Shown here piece after piece: positions 26,015-40,347 of a stretch of DNA of 64,000 nucleotides. Location: contig OZ024742.1 in the NCBI GenBank assembly GCA_964016885.1, positions 255,998,001 to 256,062,000 on the forward strand, in the 5' to 3' direction. Source of the stretch: Eledone cirrhosa (Eukaryota). A program made the translations under genes and the position numbers. The number at the start of each line of letters is the position of its first letter. Within the stretch, counting starts at the first letter, position 1. The notes beneath the pieces are model-generated. The model worked only from the letters and a program-made list of their open reading frames with translations. It was not told the origin of the DNA and searched no databases.

Positions 26015-28410
26015 TTAGCTGTATACTTTCTGAAATGTTTTATGGAATTTATGCAAGCAGATAGAAAACAAGTCAGTGCGTCTATTTATTATAGAATCTA
26101 GATTAGAGATAATGGTAAATTTTTCATTTAGGCAGAGATTGCAGATTTTAGATAGAGAACTGTTCAAGTATGAGGACGCGGAAGAAACCTTCTTCCAAAA
26201 GATGGTATATTTAATGTTTTTGTCTTTCAAGGACCATATGAGTTCTGAGAGAGCCGTGTTGGTTCTTTTAAGTTTGTATTTAAAAGATGAATGATGATTA
26301 TAGAGACGAGCTTTAAAAGAGGTGGAACTGGAGCCAAAATAGGTTAAGGAATTGGTGTCAGTTATAACTTTGCATTCATAAATTAAGTTTTTATCAAGAC
26401 AATGGTTGTTGAGAGGACATATATTTTTAATAGGGCAATTGCAATTGCAATTAGAGAGATTGTTAATGAGTGACCTAGTGTTATCTATAGAAGGAATTGG
26501 ATTGGAGAAGTTGTTTGCGATAGGAATAATAGTTTCTTGATTTAGAGTTGGATTATGAACATTTAGCGAAGTTGTTTGACGTTGTATTTGGGTTTGCAGA
26601 AATTAGCCTAGGGTTTACAATGACGTCGGGAGTACTATTACTATTATTATGAAATTCAGTGTTGGAAGGAAGAGATTTAGTATTTAGTATTTTATTGTTG
26701 TGTTTAGAGATAATGTTGGAAATATTGGAGGATGTAGAATAAGAAAATGTTATGGTGGGTTTGTTAAATATTTTACTATAGATATGTGAGGGAGGGAAGC
26801 ATTTATTTAAGGCACTAAAGAATAATTTAGGAATATTGTTATTAATAGAGATGGAGAAAGGAGCATTATACCAGATTATGTTTTTGTATCTAGGTCTTTT
26901 ATTAAAATTATTGGAATGATCATGAATAATTATTCTACTGTAAGTTCTTCTAGAATTTGTTTCTTTACTATATTTGATTTTATCAGGATAGCCGGCTTTA
27001 GAAAGTGCGTTATTATAGTAATTGGCGTTAGCATCAAAGATGTTTTTATTAGAAGATAGGTTAGATATTCTTTTTCCAATATTACTAACTATAGCATTCT
27101 TGATATTAGTAGGATGGTTAGATTTAAATTTAACATAATTTAGGTTCTCATTGTTTTTATGGTAAGGGTAATATAGGCCAGTGTCAAGATTAAGAGATAC
27201 ATCCAATAAATTAGCTAGTTTGATACTGATATCAAATTCAATTTTTAGGTTATGTTGGTTAAAGAGATTACGTATATTGTTCTTAATAATATTAAGGTTA
27301 ACTATATTGCAATTTAAGATAGTAAAGAGTCCATCGTCACGATAAATTCCACCGCGAAGTTGAGGAATTTTCCGACTCAAAGAGTTCAAAATAAAGATAC
27401 CAATTAAATCAGTCAATTGGGATGAATCGGATGCTCCCATTGTGATGTCGAAGTTGTTAGAGGTATCGGCTCTGGTCCAATATTCGTTGTTGAACTCTAG
27501 GATGGTTTTACGTGCGGTGAGAATGATGTGAAGTTCATCTGTGGTGATGTCAGAATATTTAAGTGCGAAAGATAGAGCATTATTGAGAAGTAAAGGCGAA
27601 ATGGAGGAATAGTAGCTGGCAATATCAAATTGAATAAATTTCAGTTTGTTTTTATTATTCAATTTGTTGAACCAGCTAATCACTTCAGAAGTACCAAACC
27701 ATAAATTTAGGTTCAAAGAAGAGCAATTAGAACGAACCTGTGGGATAATTCTATCCAAGATGGATTTACTAACAACCCCCAGATCAGATTTAGAGGGGGC
27801 GATTAATCTAACAGGTAGTTCAGTGCGAAAATTGTTTTTGTGATCCTTGATATTTATCCTCGGAGTTCTTGGGAGGAATGGTTCGGTCTTTTTTTCAATG
27901 CCAAGTTTTGACATAATCTCAGAGGCTTCAAGGTTTATGTATTCTAAATTTTCATGGTTGGTTTTACGATATTTTTTCCTAAGTTCCTTTAGGATAAGGT
28001 TTTTATAATTATCCTTGGAAATACCATATAAGTTATTGGTTTTGTCAGAGTGGACTAAAACATTTTTTGAGGAATTTAGGTTAGAAATTGTGTTCTTGAG
28101 ATTTACAAGGTGCTCTTGTCCTTTGAAAGGGTATCTCTTGAATTTAAGATTTTTTTATTATTTTAGTTAACTCTTCCTCGAATTGCACTAGATTTTTGTT
28201 GGAAGGAGGATTTCTTCTAGAATTAAATAGATGTACGAGGAAGTTATGTTCTTTGGTATAGAGGTTCCCTTTTAGGCTCTGGTCATAGAAATAGGCTGTC
28301 CATCTAAGTCTTCTTACGAAGGAGTCAGTTTTTTCAATTAGAAGTTTGGTGAATTCAGATTTACCAGGTATAGGAATGTCTTTAGTTGAATTGGTTATGT
28401 TGTAACTGAA
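26015..28410 (-). pseudogene. PLE polyprotein (RT + GIY-YIG), frameshifted
   Basis: N-terminus STKDIPIP...FVRRLRW, RT motifs A/B'/C, EN with CNCP..CPL, LIYEC..YFGS..FK.R..H, CNLCLNEK, C.H. Confidence 0.88.
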
Positions 28411-28664
28411 ATATCTTTCTCAGTTATAAAAACTATCTCTCTCTCTCTATCACCCATCTCTCCTCCTATCTCATCCTTCCTCATTATACTCCTCCCTCTC
28501 CACCTTCACTCTCATCTCCTCCTCTTTTTTTCATCCTTTCCAACCCCACTCTAAATAAAATATTTTTCCCAATATCACACATCAATCTAAAACTACTTCT
28601 CATATGTTGATTTAAAACTGAACTATCCACAAGTGTTTTTTGGCCTTCATATCATGTCCTCCTG

Positions 28665-28731
28665 TTTTATCTGATGAAAACACAAATATTATTGCATGAT
28701 GATATTTGTTTTTGAAATGCGCATAATAAAA
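28665..28731 (+). ncRNA. Type-I hammerhead in the inverted pseudo-LTR (AUA site)
   Basis: TTTTAT-CTGATGA-AAACACAAATATTATTGCATGATGATATTTGTTTTT-GAAA-TGCGCA-TA-ATAAAA, with palindromic ATGCGCAT. Confidence 0.8.
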
Positions 28732-28913
28732 TACATGGAACTCCTTTAACCATCTTTTGTTCTTATGTATTATGTATACTCCAGTCCTACAAACTGTAGA
28801 GTGCTTCTTATCCGATATCTGCATTGCTTTATTGTACTACAATAAAACTCACCTCCTACATTATATATATATATATATATATACATATATAAATATACAC
28901 ACATATCGATATG

Positions 28914-29003
<90 letters not shown>

Positions 29004-29019
29004 CATATATACATACATA

Positions 29020-29109
29020 CATACATGATGGCTGCCCCCTCGTTATCGAGTATGGCCATTGCACGAGAAAAAGAAAAAATATATATATATATACGTATAT
29101 ATTAATAAC

Positions 29110-29141
<32 letters not shown>

Positions 29142-32100
29142 CAATAATAATAACGACAACAACAACAATAATAATATACATATATATATACACACACACG
29201 CACGCACATAAACATATATATACACACACACGATAACAACTAACAGCGCTTTGATCGAATGTGGCCTTTTAGCCCAGCCAATTATCTAAAATGTCTTGCA
29301 CAGAGTCGGCAACCAAAACATTCACTGGGAATAGCCGGCTGTGGTTGGAGTTCATGTACTTTTGCATGTCGTTTGAGCCCTCCTACTGATTTACATTCTC
29401 TACCACATGATTGGCAAGCATGATGAGTAGCATCTCCAACATCAGCCTGGTAGTCAACCACTGGTCTTACTTTAAAACTACAAAGATGACTTTCGAGTCC
29501 AGCTTTGCTTAGGTAGAGTCTAGCGCATAAGCTGCATGTCAGCACCATTGGTGGACCCTCGCCGTCTGGAAGTGCAACAGCCATGCCCTTCCTCACATCG
29601 CGCTTTACTTTCTCGTATGCGATTCGAGATGCCTCAATGGCATCTTTTCCCTCATATACACTCTTTCTCCATTCATTACGATCAGCAGCAATATTTTCCC
29701 ATGTAAGAGCAGAGATGTTAGCGTCTTTCAAAGAGGCTTTCAAGGAATCCTCATACCTCATTTTTGGTTTATGTGGCGGTCGTTTTCCTTTAAATAACTC
29801 TTCATAAAGAGTTGTTTTGGTATTCTAGAATCCTTCATCCGGGCAAGGTGACCACTCCAACGGAGTCGTTGCTTAAGCAAAAGAGCTTCTATACTGTCAC
29901 ACATAGAGCTTTCCAAAATCTTGACATCGCTGATGTGTTCCCTCCAGTGAACGCCATGGATCTGTCTGAGACATATCTGAAGGAAACGCTCCAATTGCTT
30001 AAGGTGGTGTCGATATGTGACCCAGGTCTCGCAGGCATAAAGAGGAGAAGAGAGCACACATGCCTTGTACACCTTTACCTTTGTCTTCTTGCATATGTCT
30101 CGCCGACCCCAGAGTCACCTTTCTAGCTTTCCGAAAGCATTACTTGCTTTCCTAATCCTAAGTGAGATTTCACTATCGAGGTTGCTGTATTGATTGACAG
30201 TGCTTCCCAGGTAGACAAATTGATCAACCACACCAAGTCGCTTACCATACACATAGATATTTGGTTCACTTTACAAGGGGCAGGTTGGTACATGACGGCA
30301 GTTTTCTTGCAACTGACAGTCAATCCTACGGCAGTGCAAACGTCAGAACATGCATTCAAAATGTGCTGCATATCACTCTCTGTGTGAGCTAGAAGATCGC
30401 AATCATCTGAATAGAGGTCTCTTAAGATTGATGTAAATACTTTTCTCTTTGCAGCAAAGCGCCTGATGTTACATATGCTGCCTTAGGTTCGATATCGGGT
30501 GTAAACACCATGCTAGCAATTCCTGAATGCAATACAGAAAACCATTGCAAAGTATATGGAAAACAGGGTCGGTGCTGGAATATCCCCCTGTTTCACTGCA
30601 TTTTTTACTGAGATAGGCTCCGACATGTTACCTCCGACATTAACCCAAGCCTTCCTGTCATCATGGAAAGACCTAACTAAAGCAAGGAACTTATCAGGGC
30701 AACCAAGTTTTTGGAGAACCTTCCATAATGCATTTCTGTTAACAATATCGAAAGCTTTTGTCAGATCGACAAAAACCTGATACAGCTCCAAACCTTGTTC
30801 CATGAACTTCTCCTGGAGCTGTCTAGCTGAGAAGATCATATCAGTAGTGCCACGTCCAGCACAAAAACCAGATTGACTTTCTGGAAGAACACAATCTGCA
30901 ATGTGTGTCAGCAGACGGTCCAGAAGCACCCTACATAAAACTTTCCCTACGACAGAAAGCAATGATATAGCTCTGTAGTTCCCACACTCATTCCTGTTAT
31001 TCTTTCCCTTGAACAAGACCACCATTACTGCATCTCTCCAGTCCTCAGGTACGGATTTATTCCCCCATGTCCTGCCACAGAAAGAGTGAAGATGTTGCAG
31101 GAGTCTCTCACCACCATATTGTAGGAGCTCTGCATGTATACCATCCATACCTGGAGACCTTCCACTGTTCAGCTTCGAGATAGCCACTGCAACCTCTAAA
31201 AGCGTCGGAGGTTCTGCGAGAGGTACTTCACAGGACTTTCAGGAATGAGATTGAGGAAATCTTCATTGACGATAGAGGGCTGATTCAAAAGATCATCAAA
31301 GTGCTCTCGCCACCTTCGTAGAATTCCTTGTGAGTCACGAAGAAGTCCTTTGCCATCTTTGCTGCGAAGCGGTGTTACCAGAGAAGAAGACGGTCACATA
31401 AACTTCACGCAAGAGACTGTACAACATCTTTGTGTTATTGGAATCTGACGCAGTTTGTATTTCATCAGCCTTCTCACTCCACCACTGATCCTTCATTTGA
31501 GAAAGACTCCGCCTAACACGTGATTTTTCAACCTTGAGTTCCTCATGCAACGTATTCCTCTCCTGTGGTTTTGGCGTGAAGTAGCATGACAGAGAACAGC
31601 ACGTATCAGACAACAAGTCTTCCATATGTTCATAATTCTCATTAAACCAGTCTTGATGTTTTCTTTGCACCAATCCCAGAACACGCCTGCCTACATTATA
31701 AACCGACCTTTTAAGGGTCGGCCAATCCTCACCAAGATCTGCAACCTGCATCTCTTCTTGCAATGTCCTCTTCACATTTTTATCCTTAAGACGAGCAACA
31801 CCAGGAGCCCGGATTTTACGTTTAGTGATTAGTTTCATTTTTGCGCGTACCAGGCGGTGGTCTGTCCAGCACTCAGCTCCACGAAGAGCATGAACACACT
31901 GCGCATCCTGACTGTCACGCATCCTGACTAGGACGTAGTCCAAAGGATGCCATTCCTTAGATGCAGGATGCATCCCTGTGGTCTTGAATGTGTTCTTTTG
32001 TTAGAACATGGTGTTGGTAACACACAGATCCAGGTCCTCACACATCTGCAGCAGGAGCATACCATTGTTGTTACACTTTCCTACCCCATGCCTTCCGATT

Positions 32101-32700
32101 ACATTCCATGTGTTAAAATCCCTACCCACACTACCATTAAAGTCACCAAGCACGATGACTTTGACTGCCTGAGGGATATTTCTTAAAACACCTTTCAAGG
32201 CATGGTAAAAGGAGACTTTTTCTTCATCGACAGAATTCATAGTTGGAGCATACAGACTCACCAGGTTCGCATATCTTCCTTTGTCCAGCGGAATTCTCAT
32301 GGACATAAGACGCTCACTAATCCTTACTGGGAATTCATCTAATTTATTCAAAAGAACAGTCTTAACAGCAAATGCTACCCCAGCCTCTCTTCTGATTCCT
32401 TCATCTCTTCCTTTCCAGAAGAATGTATATTCTCCACAAAATTCTGTAAGATGACCATCTCCAGCTAGCCTCGTCTCAGATAAAGCCACGATGTCAAGAT
32501 CGTAACGTCGAAGCTCCTTTGCAACATGAGCGGTCCTTCGTTCAGGACGCTCCAAGGAATCTCTGTCAAGCAGCGTCCGTGCGTTCCAGCAGCCAAGACT
32601 AAATGCCTTGTTTGGATCTATTACAATGGCACGATGACGAGACAGCCCAGGCTGTGATAACCTGGGACCCTACAATTATTGCCAATTATCTTTTTTGTTC
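29020..32700 (-). mobile_element. RTE-clade (BovB-like) LINE, near full length, frameshifted
   Basis: APE RPERRTAHVAKELRRYDLDIVALSETRL, GDFN, TNT.F, WTDHRLV; RT PGMDGI, NYRAISLLS, LPESQSGF, FVDLTKAFD, VKQGD..APTLF; RLRWSGHLARM..RIPKQL; C-terminal C2H2-like fingers. Probable 3' end near 29025 with (ATGT)n. Confidence 0.92.
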
Positions 32701-32790
32701 CAGAACCTATATTGCCAATTATCTCTTTTATATTGTTCTGGAACATCATTGAATTGGGGAAAAAAAATAAAAAGTAATAATAATAGAAAC

Positions 32791-35700
32791 AATAATAATA
32801 ATAATAATAATGATTTAATTTATTAACCACAAGGGCCGACATGTAGGGGACAATAAAAAGACAGAGACAGTGGGGTTTACAATAAGGTCGAGTAAAAGTG
32901 CACAATGGCAAGACTAATTTAACAGTGAAGATATAAAAATATAAAATAAACTATGCATAAAGACAACAAAATAAATTCCCTGAAAGGGGTGGACGACTCT
33001 AGGTGAATCGGGTACCCAACCAATCCTGAACCATCCTGCGCTTCTAGAGCACCCCTCTCCTCAAGTTAGCTAGCCTATAGGCGCATGGTCAGAGAAGGCC
33101 CATTCACACGAGCCATTCTCGCAACATTCATCCACCTTTTAGCAAATGTACTGGGGAGCACCACTTCTCTCTCCACTCTAACCTTCCTTTCCAGGTGAAA
33201 CTTGAAGAAGTTGACGAGGGATTGGCCGAAGAGAAAAGTGTCTCTCTTCAGTACTTTTAACCTGGTCCACAATATAACCTCTTTCGCAACTGCCACCAGA
33301 CAGAGGAAAATGTCCTGCTCATCCTGACCTAAGGAAGGCGGTGGATCGATCTTCACTATGGTCTCGGCCGATAGGTGGATTCGTTCCACACGCGACAGTA
33401 GCTGTTCGACATAACTCCATAAGTCAGTAATGCACGGACATTGGACAAGTGCGTGCAGAACGGTTTCGTCGTTCTGTGCGCATCTTGGGCAGGTCAGTCT
33501 GACAGCACTTCCGTGCTTGTAGAGTTTATCCCGAATCGGCAGTTTTTCCCCGGTAGCACTGCCAAGCGAGGGATTTCTGGAAATTGTCCATTGTCGCCGG
33601 CTCGAAAGTCCTCCGGAACAGACTGGTCAGTTCGACTTCGTCGAGGCCCAAAGCTTCTACGAGTGCGTCATCGCACTTGCCCACCACTAATCCTCTATAG
33701 AACTCGAGAGTGGAAGTTGCACTGATCGCATTGCCCGCTTGGTAGAGGGCAGTGAGTGCCTGGCAACATTCCAGTTGCCAGTCACCCAGTCTCGGTCTCT
33801 TCTTGACCCAGTACTGCAGCTCAGTCAAAGAAATGAGCTGCGGAAAGGCCCGTCTGATAAACTGCGGTCACACCTATTCTGCGTTGAGGCAGAATATCTG
33901 GAGATGTCGCAGCCTCAACGCATGTCTGTGCATCACTAGCCACGGCATGCCCAGCCCTCCGCGTAGAGGGTGCTGGCAGCAGTTGGACCGCCTCACCAAT
34001 GGAACTTGTCCCATCCACAAGAATTTGAAGATGAGCCGTTCCAACTTGACGAGGCGCGGACGGGGGCAAGGCACGACCGTCAGGCGGTAATAGATGACGG
34101 ACGCGATGTACGCATTCGCCACCTCCGCGCGACCTTTCAGTGATAGCTTCATCCCAGCCCATTTTTGGGTGAGACTGGCTACTCTGCTCGTTACCTCGTC
34201 CCAATTCTTTTCCACCTGGAGGTCTGGTCCGAACCAAACCCCTAGCAACTTTACCGGTCAGTCGGTCCAGCGCCACACGACGCTGTTGGACGGCATGGGC
34301 TTGCCTTTCCAGGTTCCGAGCTGCAAGCCCACCGACTTGTCCGGGTTAAGCTTGGCTCCTGTCAACCTTTCATTATCTTTCAATAAGGTGCCGACCACCT
34401 CGATTTCTGAGGTGTTCGACACCATCAAGGTGATGCCGCCCGCATAAGCCGACACCGCCCTTCTACGCCCCGGTTCGAGCGGGTTGCCCTGCAACAGCTC
34501 CAGCTTGCGCAGTAAAGCCTCGAGAGTCAATACGTACAGAAGGGAAGAGAGAGAGCACCCTTGACGGACCGATCGGAAGAGCAGAAATGGTTCCAAGAGG
34601 TGGCCATTAACCTTCACCATCGAGCGTATGCCGCTGTGCATTGCAGCGATCCACCTTCTGTAGACAGGGCCGAAGCCAGCTGCTTTGAGGACAGAATCCA
34701 GATATCGATGGTCGAACCTATCGAATGTTTTCGATTGATCTAAATTGATCAGTGCCCCACCGAAGCCAGGTTTACACCCTACGCTCTCTATGATGTATCG
34801 CATGAGGTGGAGATTGTCGTGTATGGACCTGGTTGGGATTGCGCAAGTTTGCGCCTCCCCAACCAAATCCTCGACGACAAGCGCCAATCTCTTTGCTAAT
34901 ACCATGGCCAAAATCTTAAACTTTGTGTTGGGCAGAGTTATGGGCCTGAAGTTGTCTAATGTATCCCCCTTGTTCTCGTCTTTCCTCATCAGCGTCACCA
35001 CTCCCCTACTCACAGAACTGGTAATACTCCCATTCTGCTGCCAGTTGCAGTAGAGTGCTTCGAGGCGATCGGAGAACAAGTCTGGCATATTTACGTAAAG
35101 CTCGTAGGGCAGGCCATCCAAACCGGGTGATTTGCGCCTCAGGCAGCCGACAAGGGCGTCCTGAATTTCGGCTGAAGTAATCGGCCTTTCGCAGCGCTCA
35201 GCGTCGACCGTCGAGATGCGCGGCAAGCCATCAAGGTAGGGACTGAAATCCGCTACTCTCTCTGACTCGCCACTCTCCCCGAACAACCGAGAAAAGTGCT
35301 GGCGAAAGGCCTCACACATCCGCTTGGAATCGCTTATCTCGTTTTCGTCTCGGCTCGCCAAAGACCGAATTGTGGTTTTATTACCACATGCCCTTCCGAC
35401 ACTCGGGCCCATCGAACAGCTCTGACAATGCAATCTTCGTGTTTCGCATTGAAGAAATGGTCTAATGCCATTCTTTCCGCTGGCACGTCAGTTGCAATGC
35501 CACTACAAATAGCCTCGTCTAACTCATCTACCAGCTCTCCCTCCTTTCTATTTTTCTCTAACGCTAGTTCTTTGCCGAACTCTATCGAATTTACTCTAAT
35601 CTCTCTTTTGATAGCCCCCCCCCACCATCTGTTATTGATGATCCCCCCTGTCAACTTTTGCTTAACTAAATTGTTGACTCGGTCCCTGTAAGCCTTACGT

Positions 35701-37221
35701 GCCGGAACTGACATGTTCAGCTTCCAGTAACCCGGTCCTAACCTACGCGTTTTATCTAGGTCGACCATACAGATCACAAATTTGTGATCTGAATAGGCGA
35801 CCGTTTTAAAAAGTGGGCAGCCTACACTATTTCTATCTATTTTCCTAATGAAGATCCTGTCTATATTACGATCTAGATGACCCCATTCGGTTGGTCCATG
35901 TGTATACTGGCACATTGGGGAAATCTAGTCGATACTTGTCAGACAGTTGGAACTGGCTGAGTAGGTGCTTGAGGCTTTTGCACTCCCCGCTCCTATCGGC
36001 TACTCCCATACAATCCAAGCGTGCGTCTAAGATGCCTTCCAGTCCCCCGCTAACAGTAAAGGACGAGACGTACCCAGAAAGGTCTTCAGGTGCCTAAAGA
36101 AGTCCGGTCGTCCGGCCACTGTAGGGGCGTAGACAGCCAGCAGTCTAAAGGCACCACCTTCGCTACTGCTCACATCCAAGACCACCAACTTACCGTCCGG
36201 GTTCCGGAAGATCGACCTTACCTCGAGATCCATTTCTTTGCTAAACAGCACTGCCACCCACCATCATTCCCGGCCTGCTAACAGATGCAAAGATCTGATA
36301 GTCGTCGAAAATGGGGGCTAGTGCGCGCGTGTCGGAAATTCTGGTCTCACTGACGGCAATCACATCCATTTCCAGCGACTTGAGGTCGTTGAGCAGGCGA
36401 CCCTGCTTCCAGGGTGATCCCAGACCGCAAACATTTAAACATCCTACTCTTAATATGGCCATGTTGGTAAGCTAAGAGAGAGAGGGAAAGTTTACTTACC
36501 TCCCGGGGTCTTGTAAAGGTTGGGAACCCTTTTAAAAGTCTCGATGTGGGTTTCACATTCGGGTTCCCACGTCTTGAGGAAAACTCTCTCTTCAAATTTC
36601 TTTGAAGGAATTGAGTGACATTCGGACCAGAAGCAAATCTTCTGGCACGCAAAATGTGCTCATTTAAAAAATCTCCCCCTCTGTTTGAATGTCCTCGCTT
36701 CGTGCTAAGAGTGCCATCAGTTTATCGTTGGCCCTTCTGACAAGCACGAAGTTTTTAACATTTTGTCGGTGTGGTTTTATTTGTTTTCGTTTTGGTGACT
36801 GTGGTGGTGATGGTTTTGGTGGTGTTGTTTCGGGTATGTCTGTGTTTGTTGTAAGTGTGGTGTCTGCAATTTCAGCTATTTGTGTGTTTATTTGTACTTG
36901 TGTTTGTTTAGGTTGTTTGCGTTTCGGGGATTGTGGGGGTGGTGTCGATGTTGCTGTTGGTCCTGATGTTATTGGGGAAGTGTTTGCGTTAGTGGTGTCT
37001 GTATTTTCTGTTGCGTATGTTTTTGTGTTTTGTTGGGCCTTTTTTTTTTTGGTGAGGTTTCTCTGTTATTTGCACTTTTTGGATTTCCTTCATCTTCGCT
37101 GCTGGAAGACAAAGGGTTTGTGGATATGAGTGTCTCTCTGTCTGTGTGTGCGTTTATTGCTTTGTCTATGTGTATACTTTTTGGGGGGAGGTGTAGGGGG
37201 AGTGGGAGAGCATTCTTCGTT
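32791..37221 (-). mobile_element. Tx1-lineage LINE copy D (partial ORF1, complete but frameshifted ORF2, 3' UTR, (ATT)n tail)
   Basis: MAILRVGCLNVCGL (36462), GPGYWKLN, KSPGLDGLPYELY, SVRQGCSLS, SAYAGG (catalytic DD lost). Tail at 32791-32811. The 5' truncation abuts an AAT-rich tract. Confidence 0.93.
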
Positions 37222-37329
37222 TTAATAATAATACACTATTAATAATTATTTATAATTTAATAATAATAATTATTTATTATTTAATAATAATAATAATAGT
37301 AATAATAATAATACACTATTAATAATTAT

Positions 37330-39310
37330 CTACATTTAACCACTTTCAAATGGCATTCAAAGAGGCAGCAGCCGACACCATCTCTTTAAAACCAAGGTTA
37401 AAAAACGAAAACCCTGGGAAACAGAGAGGATACGCCAAAAGCGCAAAGAGTTGCGAAAAGCTGCAGAATTGAAAGACACTCAACGATCTCCAGAAAACTT
37501 TAGTAACTTCAATGCTGCTTGTACAGCACTGAAAAGTGAGTATGAAATTGAGCAAGCCGAATACATACAGAAAAAGATCAATCATATCTCGAGTACTGTC
37601 ATCAATAAGAAGTATGCTGAAGCCTGGAAAACTGTCAATGAAATTAGTGGCAGAAAAAGTAGATTCAGAGCCAAACTGATAGCCTCCACCCAACATGAAC
37701 GTTTAAAACTGTGGCAACAACATTTTCAGAGCCTACTTGGCAAAGCACCAAAGATCATCGAAGAAGAAATAATACTCGTTTTTACAGAGGAACACCAAAT
37801 ACAGAAAGGTCCTTTCACTATGGAGGAACTACAGAAAGCAGTGAAAAGTATTGGTAACGGAAAAGCGTGTGGACTCGACGAGATCCCAGCTGAAGTGTGG
37901 AAGATACCTGAATTTCACCCAATCCTACTAGAGTTGTGTAATGGTGTCTATAATCAAGACCCCATAGACAAATGAACTGAGGGATGTATACTTCCTTTTC
38001 CCAAAAAGGGCAATTTTGGAATGGCTAAAAACTATCGTGGCATAACACTAATGGCAATTGCCGCAAAGATATACACTCTCATGCTGTTTGACAGAATAAG
38101 ACGTGTCATTGACACCTTACTGAGAAAAAGCCAAAATGGCTTCCGCACCAACAGATCAACGTCAGGGCAAATACTTAATATTTGGCGTATCTTGGAAGGC
38201 GTAAAAGCCAAAAACCTCCCAGCAACTCGCCTGATTATTGATTTTTCAAAAGCATTCGATTCCATCCATCGTGGGATGAGAGAAATACTTCTACCCTACG
38301 GCTTGCCAAAGAATGCTATCATGATGTTATATAAAAACACCCGCGCAATAGTGCGCTCACCTGATGGAGATACCAAATTATTTGACATCATTGCAGGAGT
38401 ACTCCAAGGGGATACTCTTGCACCATATATTTTTATCATCTGCCTCGACTATGTATTGAGAAAAGCCCTGGACGAAAACTTAGAGCTTGGTTTAACTCTC
38501 ACAAAGCGAAAGTGTAGACGCCATGCAGCTCAGAAAATCAGCGATGCTGACTATGCGGATGATTTAGCGGTCCTCGCTGACTACTTTAAGGATGCAACAT
38601 CACTACTTCACAGCATCGAATCAGTTGCAAAGGAAATCGGACGCTATGTCAACGCAGGCAAAACAGAATATATTTGCCTGAACCAAGACTCCTCAGTTGG
38701 TATGCGAAGTCTAAACGGCGATATTATCAAGCAAGTTGACGACTTCAAATACCTGAGTAGCTATATCGCCTCCACAGAACATGATGTTAACATGAGACTG
38801 GGAAAAGCCTGGGGAGCATTGAATGCAATGGAAAAAATATGGAAATCAAACCTGCCCACCAAACTGAAAAGGAATTTCTTCAGAGCTGCTGTGGAATCTG
38901 TGCTTGTTTATGGCTCTATCACTTGGACGCTAACGTCGAAACTGGGGAAAAAGCTAGACGGGGCATACATACGTATGCTCCGTGCTGCTTTAAACGCGTC
39001 TTGGAGGGAACACCCAACAAATAAGGATCTCTATGGCAATATACCACCTATCAGCAGGTCAATACGTAGACAGAGACTCAGATTTGCTGGCCACTGTTGG
39101 CGCAGCAAGGAAGAAATAGCAGGTGATGTGTTGTTATGGAGTCCATCTCATGGAGCAAGAAACGCTGGTCGTCCCAAGAAGACATACGTCAAGCTACTTG
39201 AGGACGATACTGGATGCGTTGCGGAAGAACTGGCAAAAGCTATGAGAGACAGAGATGGATGGAGGAAACGTGTCATAGAAAGCCGAGAAAGCTCGACCTG
39301 ATGATGATGA
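37330..39310 (+). mobile_element. RTE-clade LINE, 5'-truncated, (TGA)n tail, possible 9-bp TSD AATAATTAT
   Basis: ORFs 37451-37975 and 38021-39301: KACGLDEIPAE, NYRGITL, DFSKAFDSI, GVLQGDTLAP, DYADD, RLRFAGHCWR, GRPK.TY. Ends GACC-TGATGATGATGA. Confidence 0.9.
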
Positions 39311-39709
39311 ATAATTATTAATTAATGCAATCGTGCAATGCCTGTGCGTGACGAATATTTTTAAAGTGAGGAAAGACTGTGCACTGAGCGACAGTAGCTA
39401 TAACCCGAAAAGAAGAAAAGATCAACTTCATCGGTAACTACTGAGCCGCAGGTTTTATGTCGGAGTTAACCCAGTTTCCTGAGATGCCTTCTCCTAGAAG
39501 AATGCCCTGACAAGAGATAGGGGTTCTTCACTCCCAGTGCGCGATCGGGCATCCAGCCCGATTACTTCTATGTCCCCGCGCAAAAAAAAAAAAAAAAACT
39601 CACTTATTGACACTTATACGTACGACGTACACACACGCGCACACCCATACATATGCGCGCACACACCAACACTCATACATACAAACAAACACGCACACGC
39701 TACTCACTT

Positions 39710-39787
<78 letters not shown>

Positions 39788-39894
39788 CCGTCATTATTGA
39801 TACATGATTACAAGATTATGTCAACCGTTGACTTTCAAGAGTCCGTATAGTTGAAGCCGTTCGTATTACAGTTCAGTATTATTATAATTGCTTT

Positions 39895-40030
39895 ACAGGA
39901 TCGAGCTATGGCTCTCCACGCTCTGAGCTCAAATCCCACCGAGGTCTACCTTGCCTTTCATCCTCACGGAGTCAACAAAAGAGAGCACCAGCAATGGGTT
40001 GGGCCAGTCGCTGGATCCGTGCTAAAAACA
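39895..40030 (+). mobile_element. tRNA-derived SINE fragment
   Basis: GAGCTCAAATCCCACCGAGGTCTACCTTGCCTTTCATCCTCACGGAGTCAACAAAA matches the family core. Confidence 0.65.
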
Positions 40031-40308
40031 GAAAAATTATTATTATTAAACTTGTTGTTTTCTTAAGGCCCGGTCGCTGGTGGTGGCAGGGGTCGCAGTT
40101 GATGTTGTTGTTGTGTTGTGTGCGTGTGTATGTGTGTTTTGTTATTTTGATTTTTTCTTTTTCTTTTATCGTTTGATGCCACTGTTGTTGTAAACCTTCA
40201 TTTCAATTCATTCTGAAGCTGTTGTTGCTGTAAACATTAGTGCCGGTGTTGTTGTAGATGTTGGGTTTGAAATCTGGTCGTTTGACTGAGTGATGTATAT
40301 ACACACAT

Positions 40309-40347
<39 letters not shown>

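Larger units (their letters stand above)
24900..28770 (-). mobile_element. Near-complete Penelope-like element (RT + C-terminal GIY-YIG) with an inverted pseudo-LTR at its 5' end
   Basis: ORF 26553-27914 (IKDHK, RLIAPSKS, FIQFDIASYYSSI, TMGASDS, GIYRDDGL) and EN remnant 26015-26450. 28411-28770 is the reverse complement of 24900-25252. Sits next to (TA)n. Confidence 0.92.

Noticed and set aside
39330-39599. Poly(A)-ended segment as a processed pseudogene
   Set aside because: No ORF or identifiable parent. Probably an unclassified short retroposon.
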